64,000 nucleotides of DNA from Naegleria gruberi (Eukaryota). Made by a program: the position numbers and the translations under genes. The stretch lies in the NCBI GenBank assembly GCA_000004985.1, contig GG738888.1; one strand, 5' to 3'. Positions 1-11,054 of this stretch are shown here, one piece after another. Positions within the stretch are counted from its first letter, which is position 1. Each line of letters opens with the position of its first letter. The notes under the pieces are model-generated. The model was not told the origin of the DNA. It did no database searches and worked only from the letters and a program-made list of their open reading frames with translations.

Positions 1-964
1 GAGACTTGCCATCAAGAATGATAAAAGAGTGATCATTGTAAAAATTGAAAATGTACCAATACCAGTAACAACAACGGAAGAAACCAAATGTGAAATTATT
101 GATAACTGCACCCAAGAAGTATCTACAGAACATATCAGTAGTATCAGCAGTCCATTCGAATCTCATTTCAACTGGTGAAGTAATTGGTTGACCAATGATT
201 GGATATTGTGAGCTATATTGAACATTGTAATTGATTTGAGTTTTCTTATTTCTTTCTCTCAATTGAGAAGCAACTTGTGGTGGAATAACAACGAATTGAC
301 CTCTTCCATATCTAACTTGTTCCAAAAACTTTGGATTATAATATTGGTGGACGAAAGGATATAAGAAACCAAATGTCAAAATAGCACAAGTCTTCATCAA
401 GGTATATAACAATTCTCTTTGCCATCCAAGATGAACACCATAATAACGAATCACTCCACGACAATCATTTTCAGGTTGCCAAACCACAAACTCATCCAAA
501 TTTGGAAAACTTCCACTTGCTTCCATCTTTTCATCTTGAGTTGGTTTTCTTGGCTTTACCTCCTCTGCCCAATGAATTCTCTCATCCAAATGAGAATAAT
601 AATGAACTGTCATTTGTCCACTAATGTACCAAATGCCGAGCGTCAAATAATTCAACATGTTATTCCAGAAACATCTAAAAATAATGCCAAAACCATGAGA
701 AGTATCATAATTCAAACGACGATTACCAATTCTCATCTTTCTAACTTCGTAACGAGTAATTTGATTGACGAATAAGAGTTCTGAAAGTCCCAATGTGATT
801 ACCTTGAACAAGAAGAACATTATTGCTTCACATGGGTTGTGTTCTCTGCAACCAAAGATTCTATTCTTGACATGACGTTCTTGGTTGAGTTGGTGGATAT
901 TGAGAGGGGTCTTTTGCGAGGAAGGAGAGGTGGAGGTAGCTCCTTGCATTTCGTATGAAGCCAT
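1..964 (-). CDS. Hypothetical multi-pass membrane protein, N-terminal 321 codons; the C-terminus lies beyond the window start
   Basis: Uninterrupted reverse-strand reading frame from ATG (revcomp of cat at 962-964) to position 1, translated by hand (MASYEMQGATSTSPSSQKTPLNIHQ...YWYWYIFNFYNDHSFIILDGKS). It is missing from the ORF track because no stop falls inside the window. Codon usage matches neighbouring genes, and several aromatic-rich hydrophobic segments suggest TM helices. The + strand ORF 419..775 is antisense to it. Confidence 0.55.
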   Translation of the reverse strand, partial: MASYEMQGATSTSPSSQKTPLNIHQLNQERHVKNRIFGCREHNPCEAIMFFLFKVITLGLSELLFVNQITRYEVRKMRIGNRRLNYDTSHGFGIIFRCFWNNMLNYLTLGIWYISGQMTVHYYSHLDERIHWAEEVKPRKPTQDEKMEASGSFPNLDEFVVWQPENDCRGVIRYYGVHLGWQRELLYTLMKTCAILTFGFLYPFVHQYYNPKFLEQVRYGRGQFVVIPPQVASQLRERNKKTQINYNVQYSSQYPIIGQPITSPVEMRFEWTADTTDMFCRYFLGAVINNFTFGFFRCCYWYWYIFNFYNDHSFIILDGKS

Positions 965-1438
965 TTTGAATAGTTTTTTTTTGAGTATTGTGAAGAAGTG
1001 AAGAAGAGAAGAATGAGGGGAAAATTTATTCGAAAGTTGTTTTAAGTTTGTTTTCATGTACTTTCTATATTTGTTATCTTCATGTGGTTTCACTAAATTT
1101 CAGTATGCGAAACATCACAATAAACTTGTTACTTGTCATTTTCCTTCTTCATTTGACTGAAGTCTAACATATTACACAAGACATATCCTAATTCACTGAA
1201 GTATATTCAAGACATTAGACTTACTAAACTTGGAAGGTTGTCCAAGTTTTTTTTCTTCATGCTGAAAACAAACTTGGCATCTCATGACAACTAACACAAA
1301 TTCGACTCGGAATACAATTGTAATAACTAAGGTTTTTACAATTTCATACACTTTCTTTTCTTTTAATAGAATCGAATTAACCAAAGCTCTTTTGGTTTAT
1401 TGGCCAGTAGTTCTATAATATTAATATAATTATAAAAA

Positions 1439-2595
1439 ATGCGTAAACGGACAGAAAGTGATTCTTCTCTGTTGAAATTACCTACAGAAATTCTTAGAGT
1501 CATTCTCTCCTTTCTGAACTATCCGAATACATCAGAATATTGGAAAGTTGCAGACGAAACACTTTTCCATCATCCTATTTCAATGATACTTGAAAATATG
1601 AAACGAATGGTTTTAAATTTGCAATCTATTTGTTCATTCTTTCAAAATGATGACATTCCGATTGGAAGGGAATTAAACGAATTTTGGATAATTTTAATCC
1701 AGAGAGAATTTTACTTTCCAAAAGGATTTATTGAAAGTAAAAAGGAAAAGATCAGACCAAAAGCTAAAAGATGTTATCTACTATTACATAAAATGGTAGA
1801 AATGAAATTTAATAATGATTGTTGTGCTATTCGAAACATTCAACATTCAGTTCAAGAATCTAATAATTTCAAAGTGTGTGTAATGGGAGAAGTAGGAGCA
1901 GGAAAATCAAATCTATGTAGAAGATGCGCCAATGATGATTTCTTTGAAGTGTTTGATATGGGAACTGTGGAAGAAATTTTTAGAAAACAAATTAGTGTCA
2001 ATAATCAAAAATTTGACATTGAATTTGAAGAACCTTCCATTTATGGTAAGTTTATTTGAGGATTTTTGAATTCAAAATTGGAATAGATGAGTTTGAAGCA
2101 CTTAGAGATATGTCAGTTCGTAACTGCCAAGTGTCAATTATTGTATTTCCATCGATTCATGATTCTGTAAAATCACTAGAACATAGTTTTTCTCATTTGT
2201 ATTATGAAATGCATCGAATATTGAGAATTAAGGATTGTGATGATACTCCATGCATAATTGCATTCACAAAAAGTGATTTACTATCCGAATCAGCAAGTAA
2301 TAATTCTCAAATCGATACCAAAACTAAAGAAATACTTATTAGAAGATTAATTCGAAACAGGGTCATGCTAAATTGTGGAATTGTGCACATGAGTGCTAAA
2401 ACTGGACAAGGTACTGAGGAAATTATGAAAGAAATTATTAATCGATATTTAATTTATTCAACCCCAAAAAATCCAACAAAAAAACAAAATTACCAAAATT
2501 GGAATACTGAAATAATTTTACAAAAAATAATTAATAATGAAAAGGAAATTACAATATTATATCCAATCAAAAAAGGGGAGAGAAATGTAACATGA
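1439..2595 (+). CDS. F-box-like N-terminus fused to a Ras-family small GTPase domain with degenerate G3 motif; 2 exons (1439..2045, 2087..2595), 41-nt GTAAGT..AG intron
   Basis: ATG at 1439. Track ORFs 1439..2059 and 2056..2595 are joined by a phase-1 intron (donor gtaagt at 2046, acceptor ag at 2085-2086), giving 371 aa. The N-terminal LKLPTEILRVILSFL is F-box-like. The P-loop GEVGAGKS (G1), TKSD (NKxD-like G4) and SAKTGQG (G5) are present, but the DTAGQE G3 position reads EEPSIY. Confidence 0.7.
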
Positions 2596-2666
2596 TGTAA
2601 AAAAGGCAAATTTGTAAGTTTTACAAATTTAGAAAGCCAAAACTTTTTGTTTTTCAATACAAAAAA

Positions 2667-3968
2667 ATGCCGTCACATAAACGAAGCCGATCCTCGCTCA
2701 CTTCAACAACATCATCATCAGCATCTAGCGAGGAAAATTCTTCACTGCAAGAAAAGCCTAGCAAGAAAACAAAACGTCCAAAGGCTTTGAAAAAAGTTTG
2801 TTCGGATGAAGATTTGGATGATATTCGTATTTATTTATTAACTAGAAAGGTTGATGATACAAGTGATGATTCAGATGAGAAGAATTGGAAACGAGCTGAT
2901 TATAGAGTGTTGAAGAATATTCCAAATCATGATGATGAGGATGATGAGGTTGAACCTGAATCCGAGCCTGAAGTTGTAGAAAGATCTATTGCTTGTTGTA
3001 TTAGTGAATTTAATTCTGGACTGTCGGATGATACTGGAGGAGAGGAACAAGTTCGTATTGGATTTTTGTTGGAAAATAAGAGTTCTATTGATGTTGCCTA
3101 TGTAATTGGGTTTAATGGATTGGAGGCTGCTTCAAAAATTCTTAAGAGTGAACGAACAACACTGATTGGAGATTATAGAAATAATACCAAAGGCTTTTCA
3201 CAAGACTTTATTGTCAGCAAGAGTAAAATGGCTCAGGACGAAAGTGAAGTAGTTGATCGTGCACTATTAGATAAATTAGGTGTTATTGAGGTGAAGATTC
3301 ATCGTGCCCAGAAATCTCATCAGGGAAAATCTCATGGTGATAATTCAAAAATTAAATCCACTGAATCTCCACAAATCAAAATTAAAGAGTCCATGATAAA
3401 GACTTCAGCCGCAATGAGCTTGAATTTTGGAGCTGTCAAACAAATCCCTTCCCAAAAAGCTGGTGGATTGACAACTTATTTCGATTATAAGGAGCTTCTT
3501 ATTAACCTTGAAATTAAATATCGTAATTACATTGGATACTTGGTCGAGTTAGCCAAAGCAAATGTTCCAATTGAGCAAAAGAAAACAACTACGGAGTCAG
3601 AAAAGAATGAAGAAGAGATTATTGAAATTGAGAGTGATGAAGATGATGAAATTCAAGAAACTACTGCACCTCCACCAATCCAAACCACTCCAGCTTTGGT
3701 GTTAACACCATTCAAAAGTCAATCCTTAATGAGCAAAGTGAAAGAAAATGTGTCACAACTAGAAGCCATGTCAACAGAAGACCTTATCAAATTTATCAAA
3801 TTAATAGACGAAAAGCTATATGAATCCGTGAAAGATCCTTTCAGAAATGAAAACATTGATGGCAGTGTCTTTTTAGCTCTCTCAGGCCAAGAATTAAAAG
3901 AATTAGGTATTAAAATTGGAGAACAAATCAAAATCAAGCAAATCATTCAACAAGTAAGAGAGAATTAA
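2667..3968 (+). CDS. SAM-domain-containing protein (acidic and Ser-rich N-terminal region, C-terminal sterile-alpha-motif-like domain)
   Basis: 433-aa ORF with ATG start. The C-terminal ~65 aa (TEDLIKFIKLIDEKLYESVKDPFRNENIDGSVFLALSGQELKELGIKIGEQIKIKQI) has the helical pattern of a SAM domain. No intron is needed. Confidence 0.65.
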   Translation: MPSHKRSRSSLTSTTSSSASSEENSSLQEKPSKKTKRPKALKKVCSDEDLDDIRIYLLTRKVDDTSDDSDEKNWKRADYRVLKNIPNHDDEDDEVEPESEPEVVERSIACCISEFNSGLSDDTGGEEQVRIGFLLENKSSIDVAYVIGFNGLEAASKILKSERTTLIGDYRNNTKGFSQDFIVSKSKMAQDESEVVDRALLDKLGVIEVKIHRAQKSHQGKSHGDNSKIKSTESPQIKIKESMIKTSAAMSLNFGAVKQIPSQKAGGLTTYFDYKELLINLEIKYRNYIGYLVELAKANVPIEQKKTTTESEKNEEEIIEIESDEDDEIQETTAPPPIQTTPALVLTPFKSQSLMSKVKENVSQLEAMSTEDLIKFIKLIDEKLYESVKDPFRNENIDGSVFLALSGQELKELGIKIGEQIKIKQIIQQVREN

Positions 3969-4081
3969 CCTCCATGTAAATAATTTCACATCAAATTCAA
4001 CAACAATACAAGCCAAATATTGAAATTCGTGTGCTCACTCGACCTTCCTAATAAGCCAATTACACAAAAAAATGCAACAAC

Positions 4082-5149
4082 ATGAGGAAGGAAATTCTTC
4101 AAAGTAGGATTGCGGTTATTTTGAAAAAGAAAACATTATCATCATCAACAAGTGTGGAAGAAGAGACGGAGGAGAGAATAGAATCATCATATGGAATGGA
4201 ACAATATGATATTAATGATGACAAATTAATAAAAACAACAACGGATGAAATAATTATCAAGGAGGAAAGAATTTCGGAATGTAAGAAGGATGAAAATATT
4301 CCTGATAATGATGAGGAACAAGAAGAACAAACAATGGCTGAAGAAGGTGCTGCTTGTGAGGAACAAGAAGTGATTCAAGTCAAGACAGAGAAGAAGAAGC
4401 GACCTTCTCTGACAAAGGAGGAACGTTTGGAGAAGAAGAGAAAGAAATTTGAAGAAGTGAAAAGAAAAAGTGGTGAGTTGGTGGCAACTTTGGTCCTGAA
4501 AGCATTGAAAAAGAAAATGAAAAAGGAGAAGCCAGAAAGCAAGACGAAACAAAGCAAAAAACGAAGCCAAACAAGGAAGAAAGCCGAGAAGATCAAAATT
4601 GAAGAAAAGGTCGAGGAAGACGATCGTTCAGAGGCAGAAAATACAGAAGCATTAGAAGTCAATGAAGAAGCTCAGGAATTTGATCAAGAGCTAGGAGGAA
4701 TGGAATGTGGAGATTTATTGGAAGAAAAACAAGTAACAAAGCCACTTTGGCTTATTTTGATGGAAAAGATGGAAAGAGACTTGGCTCTTTTGAGTACTCA
4801 AGAAGAGGAACAAAAAGAACAAGAACAGCCAACACTTTCACCCTCACCCCCACAAGTATCACAATCACAGGAATCTCATTCGCAAGCAGAAAGTAACATT
4901 GAAGAGGATGATGAAGAAGAAATAGTATTACGAAAAACTACGGTCGAAAAGCCAAAACAAAAGAAACCTACAAACAGATCAAAAACGAAAACCACACAAA
5001 GGAAAACAAAAGTATCCAAAGCAGCTCCCAAACGAAAGCTCGTTACCTCTGATATTCACACAAATGAAGACTATGAAAAGAATAGAAAGAGAACAAAACA
5101 AACGAAAATCTTGAGTTTTTTTCAAAGTAATCAAGTAAGCTCTCAATAA
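4082..5149 (+). CDS. Hypothetical highly charged K/E-rich protein (nucleolar/chromatin-like low complexity)
   Basis: 355-aa ORF with ATG at 4082 and lysine/glutamate runs (KKKRPSLTKEERLEKKRKKFEEVKRK). The antisense ORFs 4226..4662 are low-complexity mirror artifacts. Confidence 0.5.
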   Translation: MRKEILQSRIAVILKKKTLSSSTSVEEETEERIESSYGMEQYDINDDKLIKTTTDEIIIKEERISECKKDENIPDNDEEQEEQTMAEEGAACEEQEVIQVKTEKKKRPSLTKEERLEKKRKKFEEVKRKSGELVATLVLKALKKKMKKEKPESKTKQSKKRSQTRKKAEKIKIEEKVEEDDRSEAENTEALEVNEEAQEFDQELGGMECGDLLEEKQVTKPLWLILMEKMERDLALLSTQEEEQKEQEQPTLSPSPPQVSQSQESHSQAESNIEEDDEEEIVLRKTTVEKPKQKKPTNRSKTKTTQRKTKVSKAAPKRKLVTSDIHTNEDYEKNRKRTKQTKILSFFQSNQVSSQ

Positions 5150-5215
5150 TATGAATTCATAACATTCAACCTAGGACACCTAAGAATTTTAATTTTCAAT
5201 ATATTTAATAATTTA

Positions 5216-8200
5216 TTAATGGTCGTGTTCTTGTGACTTTTTCAATTCCTTCATATAATCCAATTCTCCCATGACAATTGATCTCAAATAGGAAGCGTTA
5301 TTTCTTCCAGTTTCCTCAATCAAAGAAGCAAAGATGGATTGTTCACTTCTGGTGAGCAAGTTTCTTGGAGTATCGAATTCAGCTAATTGACCTGCCTTCA
5401 AAGCAACAATTCTATCAGAGTCAATGATAGTGTTGAGTCTGTGAGCAACTGTCAAGACAGTTCTGTCAGAGAATTCAGTTCTAACAGTTTCTTGAAGAAG
5501 GGCATCAGTTTGCATATCAACATTGGCAGTAGCTTCGTCCATGATAAGAATCTTGGTCTTTCTCAAAATTGCTCTGGCAACACAGATTAATTGTCTTTCA
5601 CCAATAGAAAAGTTTTCACCATATTCAGCAACCTTGTAAGAAAGTTGACCTTCCAATGACTTGATCTTTTCCTTAATGTGAGATCTTTCCAAAGCTTGCC
5701 AAATTTGTTGATCAGTATATTCATCAAATGGATCCAAATTGAATCTGACAGTTCCTGAGAATAAAATTGGATCTTGAGGAATAATTGCCAATTTAGATCT
5801 GAGATCATGTAAACCAATCTTGGAAATATCTACACCATCAACAACAATTTGACCTTGAGCTACTTCTGTAATTCTGAACAGAGCTTGCATTAAGGTTGAT
5901 TTACCACAACCAGTACGTCCCACAATACCAATCTTTTCAGTTGGGTTTACATGGAGGCTGAGATCTCTCAACACAAAGTCGAGTTCTTCTCTGTACTTGA
6001 AGTAGACGTTTTTGAGTTCAATTTCACCCTTTTGTGGCCATTCTTCAGCTGGCTTGGTTTCTGGAATACTCTTTGGAGCTTCTTGTGGAATTTCTTCACA
6101 ATAGTAGAGAACTCTTTCAACAGAGTTCATGGCAGCTTCAGCTTCTGTTGCACAACGAACCAACCAAGAGGCAGTCGAAGTAACAGAAAGAGCATATGAC
6201 AATGACAGACCAGCCATAGCAGCTGTTGTACCTCCAACTAGGGCAGCAAGTGCAGCAAATAGAATAACTACAGCTCCCACCAATTCCAAACGGAAAGCCA
6301 ACCATCTTTGAGAAACAAGTTGAGCAAAGTAGGCCTTGTTATTTCTGTCCAATAACTTGTGATTTTCCAATACGAATTCTTCTTGTCTTCTGTATGCTCT
6401 AATAGTGGCAATACCAGTGAGGGTTTCACCAAAGTGTGCAAAGAGTGGACTTCTACTGATGGAATCAAGTCTCTTCAATTCACGAGAAGTACTTCTGTAA
6501 TACTTTTGAACAAAATAGTAAACCAACAAGACTGGAATAATTGGAATGATGAAAAGATAACTGACAGTAGCAATCAAAATCAAAGTACCCAATACTGAAA
6601 AGATGCAATTCAGCAACATTCTCAAAGTACCGATAAGACTTCCGTCAATACTTTCAGTATCCTTAGAGAATCTGTTAATAATACGACCGACTGGATTGGT
6701 GTCAAAGAAATGAGTTGGTGAGTTCATAATCTTATCCAAAGCCTTGGAGTGCAATTGTTTGGCAGCTCTAAGACCAGAAAAACCAAAGGAAAGTTCTTGG
6801 AAGAACATAAAGACGGCACTTCCAACACCCAAAGCAACGTAAATACCAATAAACATTGGCAAATTGTAGCCTAATTCGGTAGGAGTGGCTGGTAGAGTGC
6901 CATTAGTAGCATTATTGACATCATAAGATGAGAATACGGTATCAAAGAGTTCAGTGGAGTTGTACATTGTACTATTGGATGCAGTACCATTGGTTGGCAG
7001 TATACTTTGTGTGGCAATAGTTGACCATTCAGCCAAGAACCAAGATGTCATAATTTGAGAAGCCTGATTCAATGTAAAGAGTAAAAGAATGGCCAACAAG
7101 ACAATATAACCACCAGCATATCTAATATAACTCTTATAAACACTAGCCTTGACACTACCTTCAGCACGTTCCTCAGTAGACATTAATTTACCATCTCTCT
7201 TCTTGATACTCTTTTCTCCTTCTTCTTCCTTTTCTTTCTTTTCTTCAGTTTCTTCTTCCTTGTCTTGCTTGAAATAGCTCTTGAGCATGGAAGAGAACTT
7301 GGAATCACTTTGAACTAATTCAGAGTGAGAGCCTTGAGCAACAATGGCACCATTTTCAACCACAATTACATGATCAGCATCCTTCAAATATTGCCATTGG
7401 TGAGTGACTAATACACGAGTCTTGTTTGATAATAATCCACAAATACAATTTTGGAATACAGATCTACCAACATGTTGATCCAATGCAGAGAGAACGTCAT
7501 CGAATAAATAAACATCAGCATCAGAGTAAACTGAACGAGCTAAAGAAACTCTTTGCTTTTGACCACCTGACAAAGTGATACCCTTTTCACCAATTTCAGT
7601 CATGTCTCCGGCTGTTAAAATTTCCAAATCATTTTCCAAGCAACAAGCTTCAATAGTCTTGTAATATTTTTCAGTATTGAAAGGATTTCCAAACAAGATA
7701 TTATCTCTTACAGTGGCATTTCTAATCCAGGCTTGTTGAGGAACATAGGCAACACTACCAGAAACTTGGAGGTTTCCTGATTGTTTGAACATTTCACCGA
7801 TAATTGCTGACAAGAGTGATGATTTACCAGAACCAACCAGACCCACAATAACAACCAAATCACCCTTCTTGACTTGAAGGTTAACATGTTGAAGTGTGAA
7901 GTCTTTCTTTTCTGGTGCTGATGCCTTTTCCTTATCATCTACAAATTGCAATTCACCTTCAGAAGCTTCTACTACCTCTTCCTCTTCTTCCTCACCTTCA
8001 GCAAGTTCAATAGTGACTTGATCTGCTTCTGCTTCTTCTTCATCTTCAAATTCATTGTACTTTTTCTTTTCAGTCTTTGATCCCTTACTCTTGGTCTTTG
8101 ATTTGAGAGTAGGTTGAGCTGGCTTTTTGGCTTCAGGCTTCTTCTTATCCTTGCTTGCTGGTTCTTCCTTCTTTTCTTGGTTGGACTTCCAAATAAAGGT

Positions 8201-9802
8201 ACCATCTTCAATAATAATTGGACAATCAATATCAGATCCTAAAGTAATATCCTCAATTTCATCGGCAAGTAAATAGTTTTGAAGTCTGTCCAAACTGACC
8301 TTAGCTTCAGCAAGGAGGGCAAGAATAGTTGGCAAGAAGGTAGCTGGGAATCTCAACAAGTTGAAATAGGAAAGGGATGGGAAAATAATGTCAGCATCCA
8401 ACAATCCACCAGTGGCAGCAAAGATAGCAAAAGTGGCAACACCGACAAACAATGGAGCCATAGTCATTAACATACTGGTAACAATACCAATAAATGTTGA
8501 TTGAGTAATCTTCCACATTTCCTTATTTCTGATTTCCATAATCTTTTTTACAAATGAATTTTCCCAAGCATAGAATTTGATAATTCTAATACCTTGAATA
8601 GCTTCATTAACAAACTTGATACGTTCACCAGTAAATTGAAGCATGGCCTTACGAATTTTTTGAACTACTCTGGCAATAGCACCATTTAAGGGAATAACAA
8701 CAACAATAATAGCAACACCAGCTAAGGTTGACCAACCAATGAGTGAGAATAACATCGCCAAGCATACAAAAATTTGGAAAACACCACTCCATGTCATGTG
8801 TAGATATGTCACTAGACCACAAAGCTTGTTAGCATCAATTGCCATATAATTGATAATATCACCAGAACTGATTTTTTGTCTTGCTGAATTGGATAACCTT
8901 AAACTCTTTGCATAGATGGCAGCACTCAACCCTGTCTTGAGACGCATACCTTGTGACATGACAATGTGGAAATATTGTTGAATAAATAAAGTACTAAATG
9001 TTTGAAGAAGGAAAAGCCCTAAAACTAATAAATAACCCTGATAAACTGGAACTGTCTCGGAATCTCTAATTGTTGAAATGATCATCTTTACCAAAATTGG
9101 ACTGGTCAATTGAGAAATATCGTAGACAACTTTTAACAAACCAGCCAAGTAAAATCTGAGACCATATGTCTTGTGAATTGCATAAATTAAACTTGGTTTG
9201 GATTGTTTTTTCTTCTTAATATTTTCATCGAGTTCGTGTGACTCGACATCTTGATGATCTTTTGCTTTGGCTGCTTCCTTGTCCCAATTCTTCTTAAAGT
9301 CATCGGAAAGGTATGCAGCTTCATCAACTTTTCTCAATTTATACAGATCAGATAATTGAAGAACCTTATTGTAACCAGTTTTCATCAATGGATTAAACCA
9401 CCAAAATGATAATCTGGAGAAGATGTTTGCTGTTTCTTCAGGACAGTCTTGTCTATTTTGTGTGTTTTCATTGAAAGAATTTATCAATGATGATGAAAAT
9501 GACAGGTATAATGATGATGGTATAATGATGACAATAAATACTAATTAGAAAACTAATAAATTACAAAATAAAACATACTGATGCTCCTCTGCAATTTGAA
9601 ATTCATCCACTTCTTGAACATCTCTAAAGTATTGATCAACATTTTCAGCCATCTTTTTAGGCTCCGAAGCTTCTTCTTCAGTTTCTTTAAAAGCCAATTG
9701 AGGATTCATCACTGTAGGTTGTGAAGCTGTTCCTCTCGTAGCAACATTAGTAAAAACACCACCACCATCATTCTTATTGTATGTCGGCGATGGTTGCATC
9801 AT
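5216..9802 (-). CDS. ABC transporter, ABCC/MRP subfamily (full transporter with two TMDs and two NBDs); proposed 2 exons (9802..9579, 9452..5216) on the minus strand
   Basis: The 1423-aa track ORF begins with TTG, not ATG. Both NBDs have Walker A (GLVGSGKSS, GRTGCGKST), ABC signature (LSGGQKQRVSLAR, FSIGERQLICVAR) and Walker B motifs. The N-terminal motif ANIFSRLSFWWFNPLMKTGY matches the ABCC4-type start. An ATG-initiated 74-codon ORF (9802..9579, MMQPSPTYNK...IAEEHQ) lies in the same frame, separated by a single TAA, and ends at a strong donor GTATGT. The phase-2 acceptor aaaatag|A at 9453-9454 joins it to ...QDCPEETANIF. Total length is 4461 nt, a multiple of 3. The body is high confidence; the exon-1/intron model is moderate. 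Confidence 0.8.
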
Positions 9803-11054
9803 TTTTAATTCTATTTAATTCTATTTGATGATGATAATGAGGATGGAACAATTGAAAAAATGGCGTATGTACGCTTCTTGATGTTCCTGTTCCGAATCAG
9901 ATTCTTCTTTGGCTACAAAAGCTATTGATAGACTTTTTTGCTTTTTTTTTGCTTCAAGAATAATTGTTGTTGATTCTTTTTTGAAGGGAGGAGATGAGAC
10001 ATTAATTCAATGTTGATTGTTGAACAAGAAGAAAGTGCTAGCTTGATGATATTGCACCCGCACGGCCAAAAATTGTGCGTCTCTTACAATGGTGTTGAAT
10101 AATGTAATTCTGAGTGAAGGAATTTGCTTTGATACCATTCGATAATATTCATGAATGGTGTGAAACTCTTGCTTAATGCACCTTATTGATGTAATTCATT
10201 GGAAAGTAAAGATTATCTTGGTGAAGAAAATAATTTTCCGATTTAAAATTAAAAAATTAAAAAAATTTCTGAACAACAACAAGCAACACGGTTCAGAGAA
10301 TTGATGATTTTCAACAGCAATTCTTTATGACATTAAAAACCGTTCAATGTACAACATGATAGGACTATAAGGAATGTGAATAACATTATTTTGGAGAAAT
10401 TTGTAAATAGCTACAGATTTTAAGAAGCAATTATTAATTTTCAAAAAACAATTGATGGATTGTGGAATTACAACATATATTCCTTGTTGGTAATCATCGG
10501 ATATTGTACAAGGGAATATGTGCAAATGTTTTACTTCCTGATTGCTGCATCAAATTATTGAATTTAATACTTTTATCACAATAATACTCATCATTTAGAA
10601 TAATTAGAACGCAATATAGCCTTGTTCTAAATGATCATCAATAGAAACTTCCCTTTCAACATTTGAAGAGCAAAATTTAATTTCACTCGTGTGAGAAGGA
10701 ATTATTACCATGATTGAGGAAGATACAACAATAAATACATCCGGGTTGATATAATTATTTGTTATTATTAATAAATTTAATGATGATGATGGTGATGATG
10801 AATATTATCTATGATAATGAAATCTACAATCTTCATTTGAAACACCACCATCATCTGTTTAACCAATTTCAATCATTCACTGATGTTATTCTTGAAGCAA
10901 AACCCAATCGTCCATCATCACATCATTCAATCATCATTAACTTGTCAAAAACTATTTCTCGTCAACATCAAGTAAAAAAAATTCACACCTTTCACAAGTG
11001 TTGAGAGTCGTCATCCATTCTGAAGCACAGAAACAACACATAAAAAACAAAAGG

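Noticed and set aside
419-775. 118-aa + strand ORF
   Set aside because: Lies antisense within the long minus-strand open frame 1..964, which has far better coding character.
4226-4896. Several 60-115-aa ORFs on both strands inside the K/E-rich gene
   Set aside because: Mirror or alternative frames of a low-complexity purine-rich coding region (poly-F/L/S translations), so these are artifacts.
10998-11054. N-terminal extension MLRVVIHSEAQKQHIKNKR of the myosin ORF
   Set aside because: The track start is a GTG. The real initiator is the ATG at 11055 (MSRNRKSTNTE...).
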